Assembly (NCBI GenBank): GCA_964625245.1
Contig: CAZVAN010000002.1
Span: 1 to 56,856 of the forward strand
Direction: 5' to 3'
DNA: 56,856 bases
DNA from: an uncultured Candidatus Saccharibacteria bacterium
GTDB taxonomy: Bacteria; Patescibacteriota; Saccharimonadia; Saccharimonadales; UBA10212
Part shown: piece after piece, positions 18,531 to 27,387 of the stretch
How positions within the stretch are numbered: position 1 is the first letter of the stretch
Layout: the number at the start of each line of letters is the position of its first letter
The notes under the pieces: generated by a model
Told to the model about the DNA's origin: nothing
Seen by the model: the letters and a program-made list of their open reading frames with translations, nothing else
Database searches by the model: none
Made by a program: the position numbers and the translations under genes

Positions 18531-19307
18531 CTATAGCGACTGTATGCTCTTTAGGACACCGGAAACGTTATCAAGCGTAGACTGGGTAATGCACGGCTGA
18601 GTAGATTCAGGCGACACTTTATTTTGAGAACAATCACCCGATACTTTTAAAAGTTCAAAGGCAAGATGGGCGGCGTCTACATTTATTGCTGGTAGTGAAA
18701 TAATTTGATACCCATCGAGCAAATCTGTTTCCCCCTCGCCGGGATTGGTAAGAATTGTTATATACGAAGAGTCGTCATTGTATATAACTGGTTGCATAGA
18801 GCCGTTGCTCTCAGATTTGCCTTTCATTGCTTGCAGGTTGGATCTCACATTTGCCGCCGTATTACTTGTGGGAACATCGGTGCATCCTCTAGAATCGTTG
18901 CAACCGCTAAAGACATAATCAGTTGAATCAAGTATTAAATTTGCAGTGACACCCTCTGCAACTCCAATCGGGGCGGAGTGGAAAGAAAGCCAGTAGCTCG
19001 ACCCCTTGGACCCGTCCGATTTAGAAAATTGAGGACTACCCCACGCATTTGGATAGGCTGCCTTAAATCCATATTGCGTGTCTACATACCATGTCCAATT
19101 ATCTGGCAATTTGAAAGGTGCTGGATTAATGATTTGAGGCGCACTTTTATTAGAGCTTAGTTTTGACGAAGTCACTAATGCGGTTTTTTTAACTGGAGTG
19201 GCATTATGATTATTGTGCCAGGCATACCAGCCGGTGCCGCCGATGATGGCAATTATCACCAAGATGAGCAGTCCTTCTAGAACTGCGAAACCTTTTTGAG
19301 TCTTCAT
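18531..19307 (-). CDS. Type IV pilin-like protein (prepilin N-terminal motif)
   Basis: QKGF/AVLEG gives G at -1, F at +1 and E at +5, followed by a hydrophobic helix. The C-terminal domain carries Cys pairs. Confidence 0.8.
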   Translation of the reverse strand: MKTQKGFAVLEGLLILVIIAIIGGTGWYAWHNNHNATPVKKTALVTSSKLSSNKSAPQIINPAPFKLPDNWTWYVDTQYGFKAAYPNAWGSPQFSKSDGSKGSSYWLSFHSAPIGVAEGVTANLILDSTDYVFSGCNDSRGCTDVPTSNTAANVRSNLQAMKGKSESNGSMQPVIYNDDSSYITILTNPGEGETDLLDGYQIISLPAINVDAAHLAFELLKVSGDCSQNKVSPESTQPCITQSTLDNVSGVLKSIQSL

Positions 19308-19324
19308 AGTTGTCCTGGCTCCAA

Positions 19325-19912
19325 TTAGTTGGGCAGTACCTGTAGTTTTGGTACAAGTGCCTGGACTTCGTTGCTTGCGGCATTTTGAGCATCAACGGTC
19401 ACGCTGTCTGAGCATGCTGCATGGTCGTGGGTGAATCTATAGTAGTAATTCCCGACATGAGTATAGGTAGTAGGATTTTGTGCAGCATCCTGTTGGGCGG
19501 TTAGACCTCCGGTGCCATCGGCGCTGACATCGTCGCTTGGAGCATATCTATCGATCTGGCCGGCGCCAAAATCCGTGCAGCCATAAGTATCGGCGAGGTA
19601 TTTTGAGGTAAATAAAGCAGCGGTACCACCACCTGCTGACATTGTATAGGTAAAGGTGTCCGTGCCATCATAAGGCGCTCTTACACCCCACTCTTTGATA
19701 GTTAGATATGGCTGGTTGGTGGGTGTGGTGGCTGATTTCTTCGCAGTAGTCTTTGCGGTTGGAGTTTGATTGGTACTAGCGGCAGCGGTAAGGGTTTGGT
19801 CAGTCTGATTTTTAGAATGTATTACATACCAACCCGTGCCGCCGATGATTCCGATGATGACTAAAATGAGCAGTCCTTCTAGGACTGCGAAGCCTTTTTG
19901 TGAGTTTTTCAT
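19325..19912 (-). CDS. Type IV pilin-like protein, tandem paralog
   Basis: I trimmed the start to MKNSQKGFAVLEG. The N-terminal ~30 aa are nearly identical to the neighbouring pilin, but the C-terminal domain is unrelated. Confidence 0.8.
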   Translation of the reverse strand: MKNSQKGFAVLEGLLILVIIGIIGGTGWYVIHSKNQTDQTLTAAASTNQTPTAKTTAKKSATTPTNQPYLTIKEWGVRAPYDGTDTFTYTMSAGGGTAALFTSKYLADTYGCTDFGAGQIDRYAPSDDVSADGTGGLTAQQDAAQNPTTYTHVGNYYYRFTHDHAACSDSVTVDAQNAASNEVQALVPKLQVLPN

Positions 19913-19960
19913 AATTACTCTGAATATAAGCTGGGTTGAGCCAAAACACAAGCGCTTTGA

Positions 19961-20524
19961 TTATTGGTAGATGTCTCGGTATTGTTTATTGATGCCATCG
20001 AGTAGCTTGGTCAGTTTTTCAACTAGAGCTTCAGCGTCGGTTTCAAAAATAATTAGCTCCTTATGGAGATCGGGCAGTACCCCCACTATGGTCTGTATCT
20101 CTTCGCTGATTCCGCCAGCACCCTGCAAAAAACCAATGGGAGTCTTGGTCTCCATGGCGATTGTAAATTCATGCAATGTGCCAATTCGGCCACCAATGCT
20201 AACTACAGCATCCGCCGAGTTGATTAAAAGGGCATCACGCCCAACATAGTGGAGACCGGTATAGAGAATGGTGTCGTAGTTTTCGGTGGGTAGGCGGTAT
20301 TTTACTACGTGCTCGACTTTGGTGGCCGCGGGCGATAGGCCCAAACTCATTTTGCCGTGAGCCTGTTTGTAGCCAATAGCGGCGTAGTTTGGCAAACCGG
20401 TTGTAGCACCGGTCATGATGCTGTGTCCTGCTTTGGCAATAGCCGCTCCGACTAATTTTGCCAGTTGCTTGCCTTCCTCTACACTTTCACCCTTGGCGGC
20501 TCCGGATACACAAAATTGATACAT
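19961..20524 (-). CDS. TIGR00725/LOG-like (SLOG superfamily) Rossmann-fold protein
   Basis: GAAKGES...IMTGATTGLP...ADAVVSIGGRIGTLHEF matches the LOG/DprA-like pattern. Confidence 0.6.
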   Translation of the reverse strand: MYQFCVSGAAKGESVEEGKQLAKLVGAAIAKAGHSIMTGATTGLPNYAAIGYKQAHGKMSLGLSPAATKVEHVVKYRLPTENYDTILYTGLHYVGRDALLINSADAVVSIGGRIGTLHEFTIAMETKTPIGFLQGAGGISEEIQTIVGVLPDLHKELIIFETDAEALVEKLTKLLDGINKQYRDIYQ

Positions 20525-20542
20525 CTACCCCACCCTCGCCAT

Positions 20543-21739
20543 TTAAATTAAGCCCGCTTCAAGTTCTGATCCAATCAACTGCTCGGCCGTCGCCGGCTCC
20601 AGCACCGAATTAGTATCATCCAGTTGAGAGTGAAAATAATTAGCTACGTTCTGATGCGGCAGATATTTTTTGAGTAATGAGCTTTTAAGGGATGATGTTC
20701 CGCTACTTAGCTGCCTGGAATTAAAGCTAGTGCTTCCGAACATATTGCTGAGTACATCCGCCAGATGGGCAGAAACCAGCTCGCCACCAGCAGACACCGT
20801 ATGCCCGGCATCCTTCCACCAACTAAAGGTTGGGTGCAAAGACGTGAAGGCTTTTAACGGGTCGCTGTGTGAACCAAACATATGCTTGAGATTCTGCCAA
20901 TCAAAAAACGGCTGGCCGTCGATTTGCAGTGTCTGTTGCTCCCCGGTTTCATAGAGTTTGCCAGCCAAAGCGCCGAACTCGGGTTGAAACTGGTAATTTT
21001 TTAGGTAGAGACTATCGACCTCCAGTATTTCGGCGGCTTGCAGCACCAATATGGAAAAGCAGGCGCTTTCCGGCCTGCTGAGCGATTCTACCGGCCATAC
21101 CGCAACCGCACCCGAGAGTGGAGCGTAACTTACAGGTTGGTTTGTTATAAAAAGCTCTCCCCACTTCTTAGCGGCCATGACGTGGTAACTAATGTCTCTG
21201 GTTTCAAAATCTGAGGCTTTCAGCCCAGTAAGTTTTTTTGCGAAGGTTTTCTGCCAGGAGTGGCTTTCAGTTACCGGCAGCACGGCATAAAGCTCGCAGA
21301 TGTCTTCGCGTTTAAGCATTGATTCCAAACTGCGATAATTTAATTTTTTCATTAGACGAGTTGGCACGCTACTCCGAAGTAAATTCTTAGCGGCTGCATT
21401 TTTTATGGCGAAAACTTCTGTCATTGGACTGGCGGTTATAGCCAGCTCAACTACCTTAGCCGCCCGTGCTTCGTTGCTACCACGATCATAATTTATGGCT
21501 TTGGCGAACTGCTTCGCATCACTTGCAAGTTTTACCTGCAGTGTCTCATAGAGTTCTTCAGCTGTGGTGTCGAGCGGATCAAGGCCTAGGGAGGCGATTT
21601 TCCGAAGAGCGTTTTGTTGATACTCGGCGGTCAAACGTACGTCCTCGCTAGCAAAACCACTGAGCTGCTCCAGTTTATTAACTATAGCTTTGGTATCCTG
21701 CTCTGACTCGTCTGTTAACTTGGCCAACGTAGCGCTCAT
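20543..21739 (-). CDS. Hypothetical protein (398 aa)
   Basis: Long ORF with tight spacing inside the operon. I recognise no family. Confidence 0.6.
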   Translation of the reverse strand: MSATLAKLTDESEQDTKAIVNKLEQLSGFASEDVRLTAEYQQNALRKIASLGLDPLDTTAEELYETLQVKLASDAKQFAKAINYDRGSNEARAAKVVELAITASPMTEVFAIKNAAAKNLLRSSVPTRLMKKLNYRSLESMLKREDICELYAVLPVTESHSWQKTFAKKLTGLKASDFETRDISYHVMAAKKWGELFITNQPVSYAPLSGAVAVWPVESLSRPESACFSILVLQAAEILEVDSLYLKNYQFQPEFGALAGKLYETGEQQTLQIDGQPFFDWQNLKHMFGSHSDPLKAFTSLHPTFSWWKDAGHTVSAGGELVSAHLADVLSNMFGSTSFNSRQLSSGTSSLKSSLLKKYLPHQNVANYFHSQLDDTNSVLEPATAEQLIGSELEAGLI

Positions 21740-21742
21740 TAT

Positions 21743-22747
21743 CTATAGCCTTTCGGGGTGATAGTTAGCTGGCGCTTCTCGCAGGTATCTATCTATTTGC
21801 GATTCGCTTAAAAGTCCGGCCTGTGCCCCAACTTGCTGAACAACACTCATGGAGTTGATAGGTGCCCAGAGTAGCGCGCCCTGGAGATCGGCGCCTTTCA
21901 TAATGGCTGCTACGAAAGTACTGGTGAAGGCATCGCCGGCACCGGTGCGCTCAAACGGCGGTTTAGGATCGGGATAAATAGGCATCTTGTATCGATTAGT
22001 ACCGTCAGATGCATAGGCCCCGGCATGGCCATCGCTTACTAAGACTATCTTTGGGCCAAGCGCATGTAGCTTATCTAGTAAATCGTTAATGTCGGCATGG
22101 TTGCCTCCGGAAATAGTTGCGGCTTCCTCGCGGTTGACGGCCAGGATGTCAGCCCGGGCATAAATGCGCTTCAGGCGGTGAACACCGGCTTCTATCTGAA
22201 AAGTTCCTGGTTGAAAGGCCAACTTAACGGGAGGATGTGCTTCCAGCCAGTGAGCCAGTTCGTCGTGGTACTCCATGGCGTGTTTGGAAATAGAACTAAA
22301 ATAAATCCACTGCGGAATATCAATTATCCTGAAGCGCGGCCAGTGGTAGTCATACTCTTCGTGTTTTATTAAAATTGTGCGCTCTTCTTTATACCAAAGC
22401 ACGTAGTGGTAGTTGCTGACTTTGTCCGGATTGATATGAGTAAAACGACTGTCCACTTTTTGGTCGTGCAGGGCGCGTAGGATATCCCGACCCCAGTCAT
22501 CACCGCCAACATTGGCGACCAATCCCGATTTTAAGCCTAGTTTGGCGAAAGATACGGCGGCGTTGGCCGCGTTGCCAACTCCTGGAATAACCGTGGCGTG
22601 ATCAAATGGTACCTTTGTGCCATAAGCCATTTCTAACATTGGACCTTTGGTGGTCTGACGAACATCGGCTTCATCGTCTAGCAGTTTTATAAAGGCATCT
22701 GTAACAACGTCACCCACCGACAAAACATCCAGTTGTTTTTGAGCCAT
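21743..22747 (-). CDS. PfkB-family carbohydrate kinase
   Basis: C-terminal TGAGDAF motif and a ribokinase-like N-terminus. Confidence 0.85.
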   Translation of the reverse strand: MAQKQLDVLSVGDVVTDAFIKLLDDEADVRQTTKGPMLEMAYGTKVPFDHATVIPGVGNAANAAVSFAKLGLKSGLVANVGGDDWGRDILRALHDQKVDSRFTHINPDKVSNYHYVLWYKEERTILIKHEEYDYHWPRFRIIDIPQWIYFSSISKHAMEYHDELAHWLEAHPPVKLAFQPGTFQIEAGVHRLKRIYARADILAVNREEAATISGGNHADINDLLDKLHALGPKIVLVSDGHAGAYASDGTNRYKMPIYPDPKPPFERTGAGDAFTSTFVAAIMKGADLQGALLWAPINSMSVVQQVGAQAGLLSESQIDRYLREAPANYHPERL

Positions 22748-22805
22748 ATTTATTATTTACCCATCTTGATAATGCTTAGGCTTATTGTAGCAAGCAAAAG
22801 CCATT

Positions 22806-23729
22806 TCAAGAAGAGTTACTGGGCTGGGCTTTACCAGCGCTAGCGAAAGTATCAATCTTTGACTCTACCACCACTTGCACAGAATCAATCACCGTCCCCA
22901 TAAGTTTGACTACGGCATATTCGGTTTCGTTTTCAGCTAGCACTTTTTCCAGGGTGTCGCGGTAGGCTTTACGCATATCGCTATTGATATTAATCTTGCT
23001 TACGCCTATTTTGACTGCTTCTATAAAATAATGCCCTGGTGTGCCGCTGCCACCGTGAAGCGAGATGTTGCAAGTAATGGCATCGCGAATGCGCTGAAGT
23101 AGCTCCAGATCTAAGACTTTTGGAACCGGGTAAAGACCGTGAAGGTTACCTATGGCCGCAGCGTATGTATCTATGCCGGTGGCATCGACAAAAGTTTTGG
23201 CGCCTTCCGGTGTAGAGAAAGTTTTCTTAATTTCTTCGTAGTCAATTTGCTCAAGGTGGACGTTGCTGCTGCCGCCAAAATAATGCGGTTCAGCCTCCAC
23301 TATCGCGCCGGTTAGTTTGGCGGCTTCCACTACTTGCCGAGTTTTAGCAATAATTTCCTCGTCGGTAGCTTCATGATTAGCCTGCGATATATCAATATGA
23401 ATACACTCAAAGCCAGCTTCAATACCGGCAACAGCATCCTCTACCGTGGGGCTGTGATCGAGGTTAATATACATCTCGATTGCGTATTCGGCTTTATAAT
23501 TATCGACTAAATCGCGGACATTATCGAGGCCAAGAGCATCAACTTCGCCCTTACTAACTTCCACCAGCACCGGGGCGTTTTTATTTTTGGCGGCTTTAGC
23601 AACAGCAATCAGAGTTTCTTGATTATCCAAGTTAAAAGCCCCCAGGGCAAAGTGTTCCTGCCGGGCACGAGCAAAGGTAGCCCGGGCATCTTCGCAGTTA
23701 TTTCTGATTTGTCTAAGCGTAAGCGGCAT
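22806..23729 (-). CDS. fba: Class II fructose-bisphosphate aldolase
   Basis: LDHS, LHGGSGTP and INSDMR motifs. Confidence 0.9.
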   Translation of the reverse strand: MPLTLRQIRNNCEDARATFARARQEHFALGAFNLDNQETLIAVAKAAKNKNAPVLVEVSKGEVDALGLDNVRDLVDNYKAEYAIEMYINLDHSPTVEDAVAGIEAGFECIHIDISQANHEATDEEIIAKTRQVVEAAKLTGAIVEAEPHYFGGSSNVHLEQIDYEEIKKTFSTPEGAKTFVDATGIDTYAAAIGNLHGLYPVPKVLDLELLQRIRDAITCNISLHGGSGTPGHYFIEAVKIGVSKININSDMRKAYRDTLEKVLAENETEYAVVKLMGTVIDSVQVVVESKIDTFASAGKAQPSNSS

Positions 23730-23734
23730 TACCG

Positions 23735-24493
23735 CTAATTATAGTGTTTTGAGGCGATAGTACCAACACTTTGCTGACGCGCTGCTTTGATAATATCGTT
23801 CATCCTTAGTTCGGCGTCGCTTAATTGCTTCAAGATTTTCTGTTTAGCCTCTGGGTTAAATGGATAGGTGTCCTGATTAATTAAATCCCGATAAAACGGT
23901 ACCAAGGGCAGGTATTTGTAAGACAATTGATGTTTCTTATCTTCGCCAATGGTCCAGAAGATACCTGCTGCGTTGTCGGCAAAGTCTGAAATTTTAACTG
24001 GGGTAGCATCTGGCTCACCCAGTAGAGACTGGCGCACGTGCTCGTCATATTGTTCCCGGCTAATATCTCCGGGAGGGTTGGTAAGTGCTTTTAGGATAGC
24101 AGCGACTCTGGGATTATAGGTTTCAGTAACAACGGCTAAGGCTTCTTCTACTGTCGAGCCTTCGTGGCCGACGATTTTATCGCGCTGATCTTCAATAGAA
24201 TCGTGCAGCAACGCTGCCGTCAGAATATCTGGGTCGTCGATGCCGTAGTGGCTGATGACCCTTAGCATAACCCTTAAAATGTGGTCGATATAGGGACCGT
24301 TAGTGCGTTTTTGATCTTTATGCCATTCGGCCGCCGACAAAAAAGCTTGATTCAGTTGCCATTGAGATTCTTCGGGTAGGCTTGCGACTTCCAAATTATA
24401 GCGGCCGATTAACCCAGCGGTCCCATAAGTTATTGTTATTTCGTGTAGGGGCATCCCAGCTAGAGTTTCGGCAGAGGGCAGTTTTTCTGTCAT
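23735..24493 (-). CDS. HD-domain protein, RelA/SpoT-hydrolase-like
   Basis: H...PYIDHILRV...AALLHDSIED is an HD hydrolase signature. There is no synthetase domain. Confidence 0.7.
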   Translation of the reverse strand: MTEKLPSAETLAGMPLHEITITYGTAGLIGRYNLEVASLPEESQWQLNQAFLSAAEWHKDQKRTNGPYIDHILRVMLRVISHYGIDDPDILTAALLHDSIEDQRDKIVGHEGSTVEEALAVVTETYNPRVAAILKALTNPPGDISREQYDEHVRQSLLGEPDATPVKISDFADNAAGIFWTIGEDKKHQLSYKYLPLVPFYRDLINQDTYPFNPEAKQKILKQLSDAELRMNDIIKAARQQSVGTIASKHYN

Positions 24494-24528
24494 AACTAAT
24501 CTATAGCGTATAAATTAACTATTATCAA

Positions 24529-25512
24529 TTAGTGCTTGTGGTGGGTGTGGTCCAAGAGCATATGGTGAGCTGCCATAGCTATGTGGTTAGCATCGAGCCC
24601 AAAATGGCGCAGCAGCTCATCTGGCTTGCCCGATTCTCCAAAATGGTCATTCATGCCCATGCGTTTCATCTGAGTAGGCAAATATTCGCCCAAAAGTTCG
24701 GCTACGGCACCACCTAAACCACCGTTAATTTGAGCTTCTTCAACAGTTATCACGTGCCTGGTCTTGGCGGCGCTGTCTAGAATGGTTTTGCCGTCCAGCG
24801 GCTTGATAGTCGGCACATGAACAACTTCGGCATGAACGCCGTCTTTAAATAGCGCTCTGGCCGCCGCCATGGCCTGCGGCGTCATAGTTCCGGTAGAAAC
24901 GATAGTAACGTCTGCCCCTTCATGAAAGACGTAGGCCTTACCAATTTCAAAGGGTGTTTGCTCGCTAGTAACAATCGGCGTAGCTTCACGGGCAACTCGC
25001 ATATAGGCTGGACGAGTGTCTGTAGCCAAGGCCAGAGTGGCCTTTTGGGCTTCAATACTGTCACACGGTGCCAGCACTACCATATTTGGCAGAGCCCGCA
25101 TCAAAGCTATATCCTCCAGCATTTGATGGGTAGCGCCATCGGCCCCGGTATAAAGCCCGGCATGTGAGCCTATGATTCTGACCGGACGATTGTTTAAGGC
25201 AATTGTGGTACGTATCTGCTCCCAATTACGTCCCGGACTAAAGGCAGCGTAACTACTGACATATGGAATTTTGCCCATGGCGGCTAGACCAGAGCCAACT
25301 GTCACCAGGTTCTGCTCGGCCACGCCAATTTCTATAAACCGCTCCGGAAAAGCCTCAGCAAATAAGTGCATCTGGGTAGACTCGGTCAGGTCGGCGCAGG
25401 CGGCAACTACATTATCAAACCGCTTACCGGCCTCCAGCAGGCCCCTGCCAAAACCCTTGCGTATGGGCTCATCGGTAAGCGAGTGGGCCGATAGGTGCAT
25501 ATTCTCGTTCAT
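24529..25512 (-). CDS. tkt: Transketolase, C-terminal (pyrimidine-binding) subunit
   Basis: I trimmed the start to MNENMHL, which has an SD-like GGAG/AAGG upstream. GVAEQNLV motif and a His-rich C-terminus. Confidence 0.9.
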   Translation of the reverse strand: MNENMHLSAHSLTDEPIRKGFGRGLLEAGKRFDNVVAACADLTESTQMHLFAEAFPERFIEIGVAEQNLVTVGSGLAAMGKIPYVSSYAAFSPGRNWEQIRTTIALNNRPVRIIGSHAGLYTGADGATHQMLEDIALMRALPNMVVLAPCDSIEAQKATLALATDTRPAYMRVAREATPIVTSEQTPFEIGKAYVFHEGADVTIVSTGTMTPQAMAAARALFKDGVHAEVVHVPTIKPLDGKTILDSAAKTRHVITVEEAQINGGLGGAVAELLGEYLPTQMKRMGMNDHFGESGKPDELLRHFGLDANHIAMAAHHMLLDHTHHKH

Positions 25513-25549
25513 CCTTGATTGCTCCGTATTCGAGCTAGATAGAACAGGC

Positions 25550-25714
25550 TCATATAAGGCTCCAGGTACTAAAAAATGCAACCATAGCAAGGAGTAAAGC
25601 GGCAAATACGAAAATACCTACTACCACAAGCAGCAACGCCAGTACAGGAATCCCTGACGGCTTGCCCGCTTCTACCTCTCCGGCGAGCTTATCTAATTCT
25701 GGAAACTCACTCAT
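25550..25714 (-). CDS. Small (54 aa) single-pass membrane protein between the transketolase halves
   Basis: The ATG at 25714 overlaps the tktN stop by 8 nt. One strong TM helix (IPVLALLLVVVGIFVFAALLLAMVAFF). Confidence 0.45.
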   Translation of the reverse strand: MSEFPELDKLAGEVEAGKPSGIPVLALLLVVVGIFVFAALLLAMVAFFSTWSLI

Positions 25715-26573
25715 GTTCGCTCCGGATTTTACCGCCAAGTGTCCGCAACTCTTTGAGAGCTTTAACAGCCTGTTCGTGATTGGGTGTAACGCCGTGCCAA
25801 TGAAAATCGTACTCCATGAAATCCACACCCTTGCCCGGAACGTTATGGGCAATTATCATTACCGGCTGCTCCACAATGGCTTTGGCCATCTGTACAGCGT
25901 CTATTACGGCTTCCATATCATTGCCGTTAATCTCCAGCACATGCCAACCAAAGGCTTCCCATTTAGTTCTGAGGTCGCCCAGTGGCATGACCGTTTCCGT
26001 TGGCCCGTCTATCTGGATGTTGTTACGGTCAGTTATAGCGATGATGTTACTAAGGCGATATTTGCTGGCCAGCATAGCGGCTTCCCAGATGTTGCCCTCG
26101 TCCTGCTCGCCGTCACCAAGAATTACATAAACCCAGCGGTGCTGAGTCTTATCCATACGCATAGCTAACGCTATGCCAGCAGCTTGGCTAAGCCCGGAGC
26201 CAAGGGGACCGCTGGTATTTTCCAGGCCTGGTAGCCGTTCGCGCTCAGGGTGACCTTGCAAGCGGCTGCCAAATTGCCGAAGAGTCATAAGCTCTTTAAT
26301 GGGAAAGAAGCCGGCGTGGGCCATCGTAGCGTACTGAACCGGTACACAGTGGCCATTGCTTAGAAGTAATATGTCCCTCTCGTCCCAATCCGGGTTTTGG
26401 GGATCGTATTTCATAAGATGAAAGTATAGAGCCGTAAAAATATCTGCCAGGCCCAGAGGCCCGGCGGAGTGGCCACTGCCAGCGTGCTCCAACATCTTAA
26501 TAATGTCCTCGCGGATTTGATTGGCTTTTTTCTGCAACGCCTCCAGAGAATAAGTTTTTTGTTTATCAGCCAT
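25707..26573 (-). CDS. tkt: Transketolase, N-terminal (TPP-binding) subunit
   Basis: GSGHSAGPLG and GDGEQDEGNIWE motifs. Confidence 0.92.
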   Translation of the reverse strand: MADKQKTYSLEALQKKANQIREDIIKMLEHAGSGHSAGPLGLADIFTALYFHLMKYDPQNPDWDERDILLLSNGHCVPVQYATMAHAGFFPIKELMTLRQFGSRLQGHPERERLPGLENTSGPLGSGLSQAAGIALAMRMDKTQHRWVYVILGDGEQDEGNIWEAAMLASKYRLSNIIAITDRNNIQIDGPTETVMPLGDLRTKWEAFGWHVLEINGNDMEAVIDAVQMAKAIVEQPVMIIAHNVPGKGVDFMEYDFHWHGVTPNHEQAVKALKELRTLGGKIRSEHE

Positions 26574-26583
26574 ACTGCTTAAG

Positions 26584-26597
26584 ATTATAGCTCAAAA
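26584..26597 (-). promoter_or_regulatory. Candidate promoter of tktN: TTTTGAG-C-TATAAT
   Basis: On the minus strand it reads TTTTGAGCTATAAT, ending 10 nt before the tktN ATG. That implies a very short leader. Confidence 0.4.
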
Positions 26598-26612
26598 GAA
26601 TGTTTTTTGGGT

Positions 26613-26734
26613 CCCCGCGGCTTGAGGATAAGCCGTGGGGTTAAGCGTAAGGACATGCGCAAGCTGGAAGTAGTTTACGTTTAGAAAACTACGGAAGCTG
26701 AAGTTATGGCCTAAGCTGGTTGTCCTTCAAAAGC
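26613..26734 (+). repeat. Structured repeat element, copy 3 (divergent)
   Basis: 11-bp hairpin 26613-26640 with a G-U pair on the plus strand only, and an inner hairpin 26670-26676/26686-26692. It ends in the shared box gttgtccttcaaaagc (26719-26734), 8 nt before the rpe stop. Confidence 0.45.
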
Positions 26735-26742
26735 GTCAGCGG

Positions 26743-27387
26743 TTATGTCGTGCCGGTTTCGTCGGCGATACGGACCAAGTCATTGTAGGCTTTTCCTGGA
26801 TTTTCGGCAGTTTGCAGATAGCCGCCAACGTTAAGAACATCTACGCCGCCTTCAACCAAGCCGGCAACATTTTGCAGGTTTACGCCGCCATCCCAACCAA
26901 TTTCTAGTTCCGGTTTTTGATTTTTTAAAAACTTAACTTTGGCTAGCAATCCAAAATCGGCGTGGCCGCCAAAATTGCCTAAATCGCCAGAAAATATTAG
27001 AACGTGATCAATTTTTGGCAAGGCTTTTAAGATAATCTCAGGCGCTGTCTGCGGCAGCAGAGCTACTCCAATTTTTACTTTCCGGTCGCGGCAATAGTCC
27101 GCCAACTTGTCAAAGTCACCACCGGCTTCGGCATGAACAATAATCATATTGGGATTATGGGCCATAACCATCTCCACAACTGCTATAGGTTCTTGGTACA
27201 TTAAATGGATGTCGGCTTTGATGCCCACCGGCCACCAAACTTCCCTAGGGTTAATGGTAGCTGTCTTAGCAAATATGCCGTCCGTCAGATCTATCTGTAT
27301 CCTATGGCCTAAATGAGCCACTCGTTCAATTTGCTCGTCATAAGTCCCGCGCTCAGCAGCCAGTATCGTTGGGCAGATTAGGGGCAT
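26743..27387 (-). CDS. rpe: Ribulose-phosphate 3-epimerase family protein (divergent)
   Basis: 214-aa TIM-barrel pattern (ICPTILA...IQIDLTDG...). The context is rpiB and tkt. Confidence 0.6.
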   Translation of the reverse strand: MPLICPTILAAERGTYDEQIERVAHLGHRIQIDLTDGIFAKTATINPREVWWPVGIKADIHLMYQEPIAVVEMVMAHNPNMIIVHAEAGGDFDKLADYCRDRKVKIGVALLPQTAPEIILKALPKIDHVLIFSGDLGNFGGHADFGLLAKVKFLKNQKPELEIGWDGGVNLQNVAGLVEGGVDVLNVGGYLQTAENPGKAYNDLVRIADETGTT

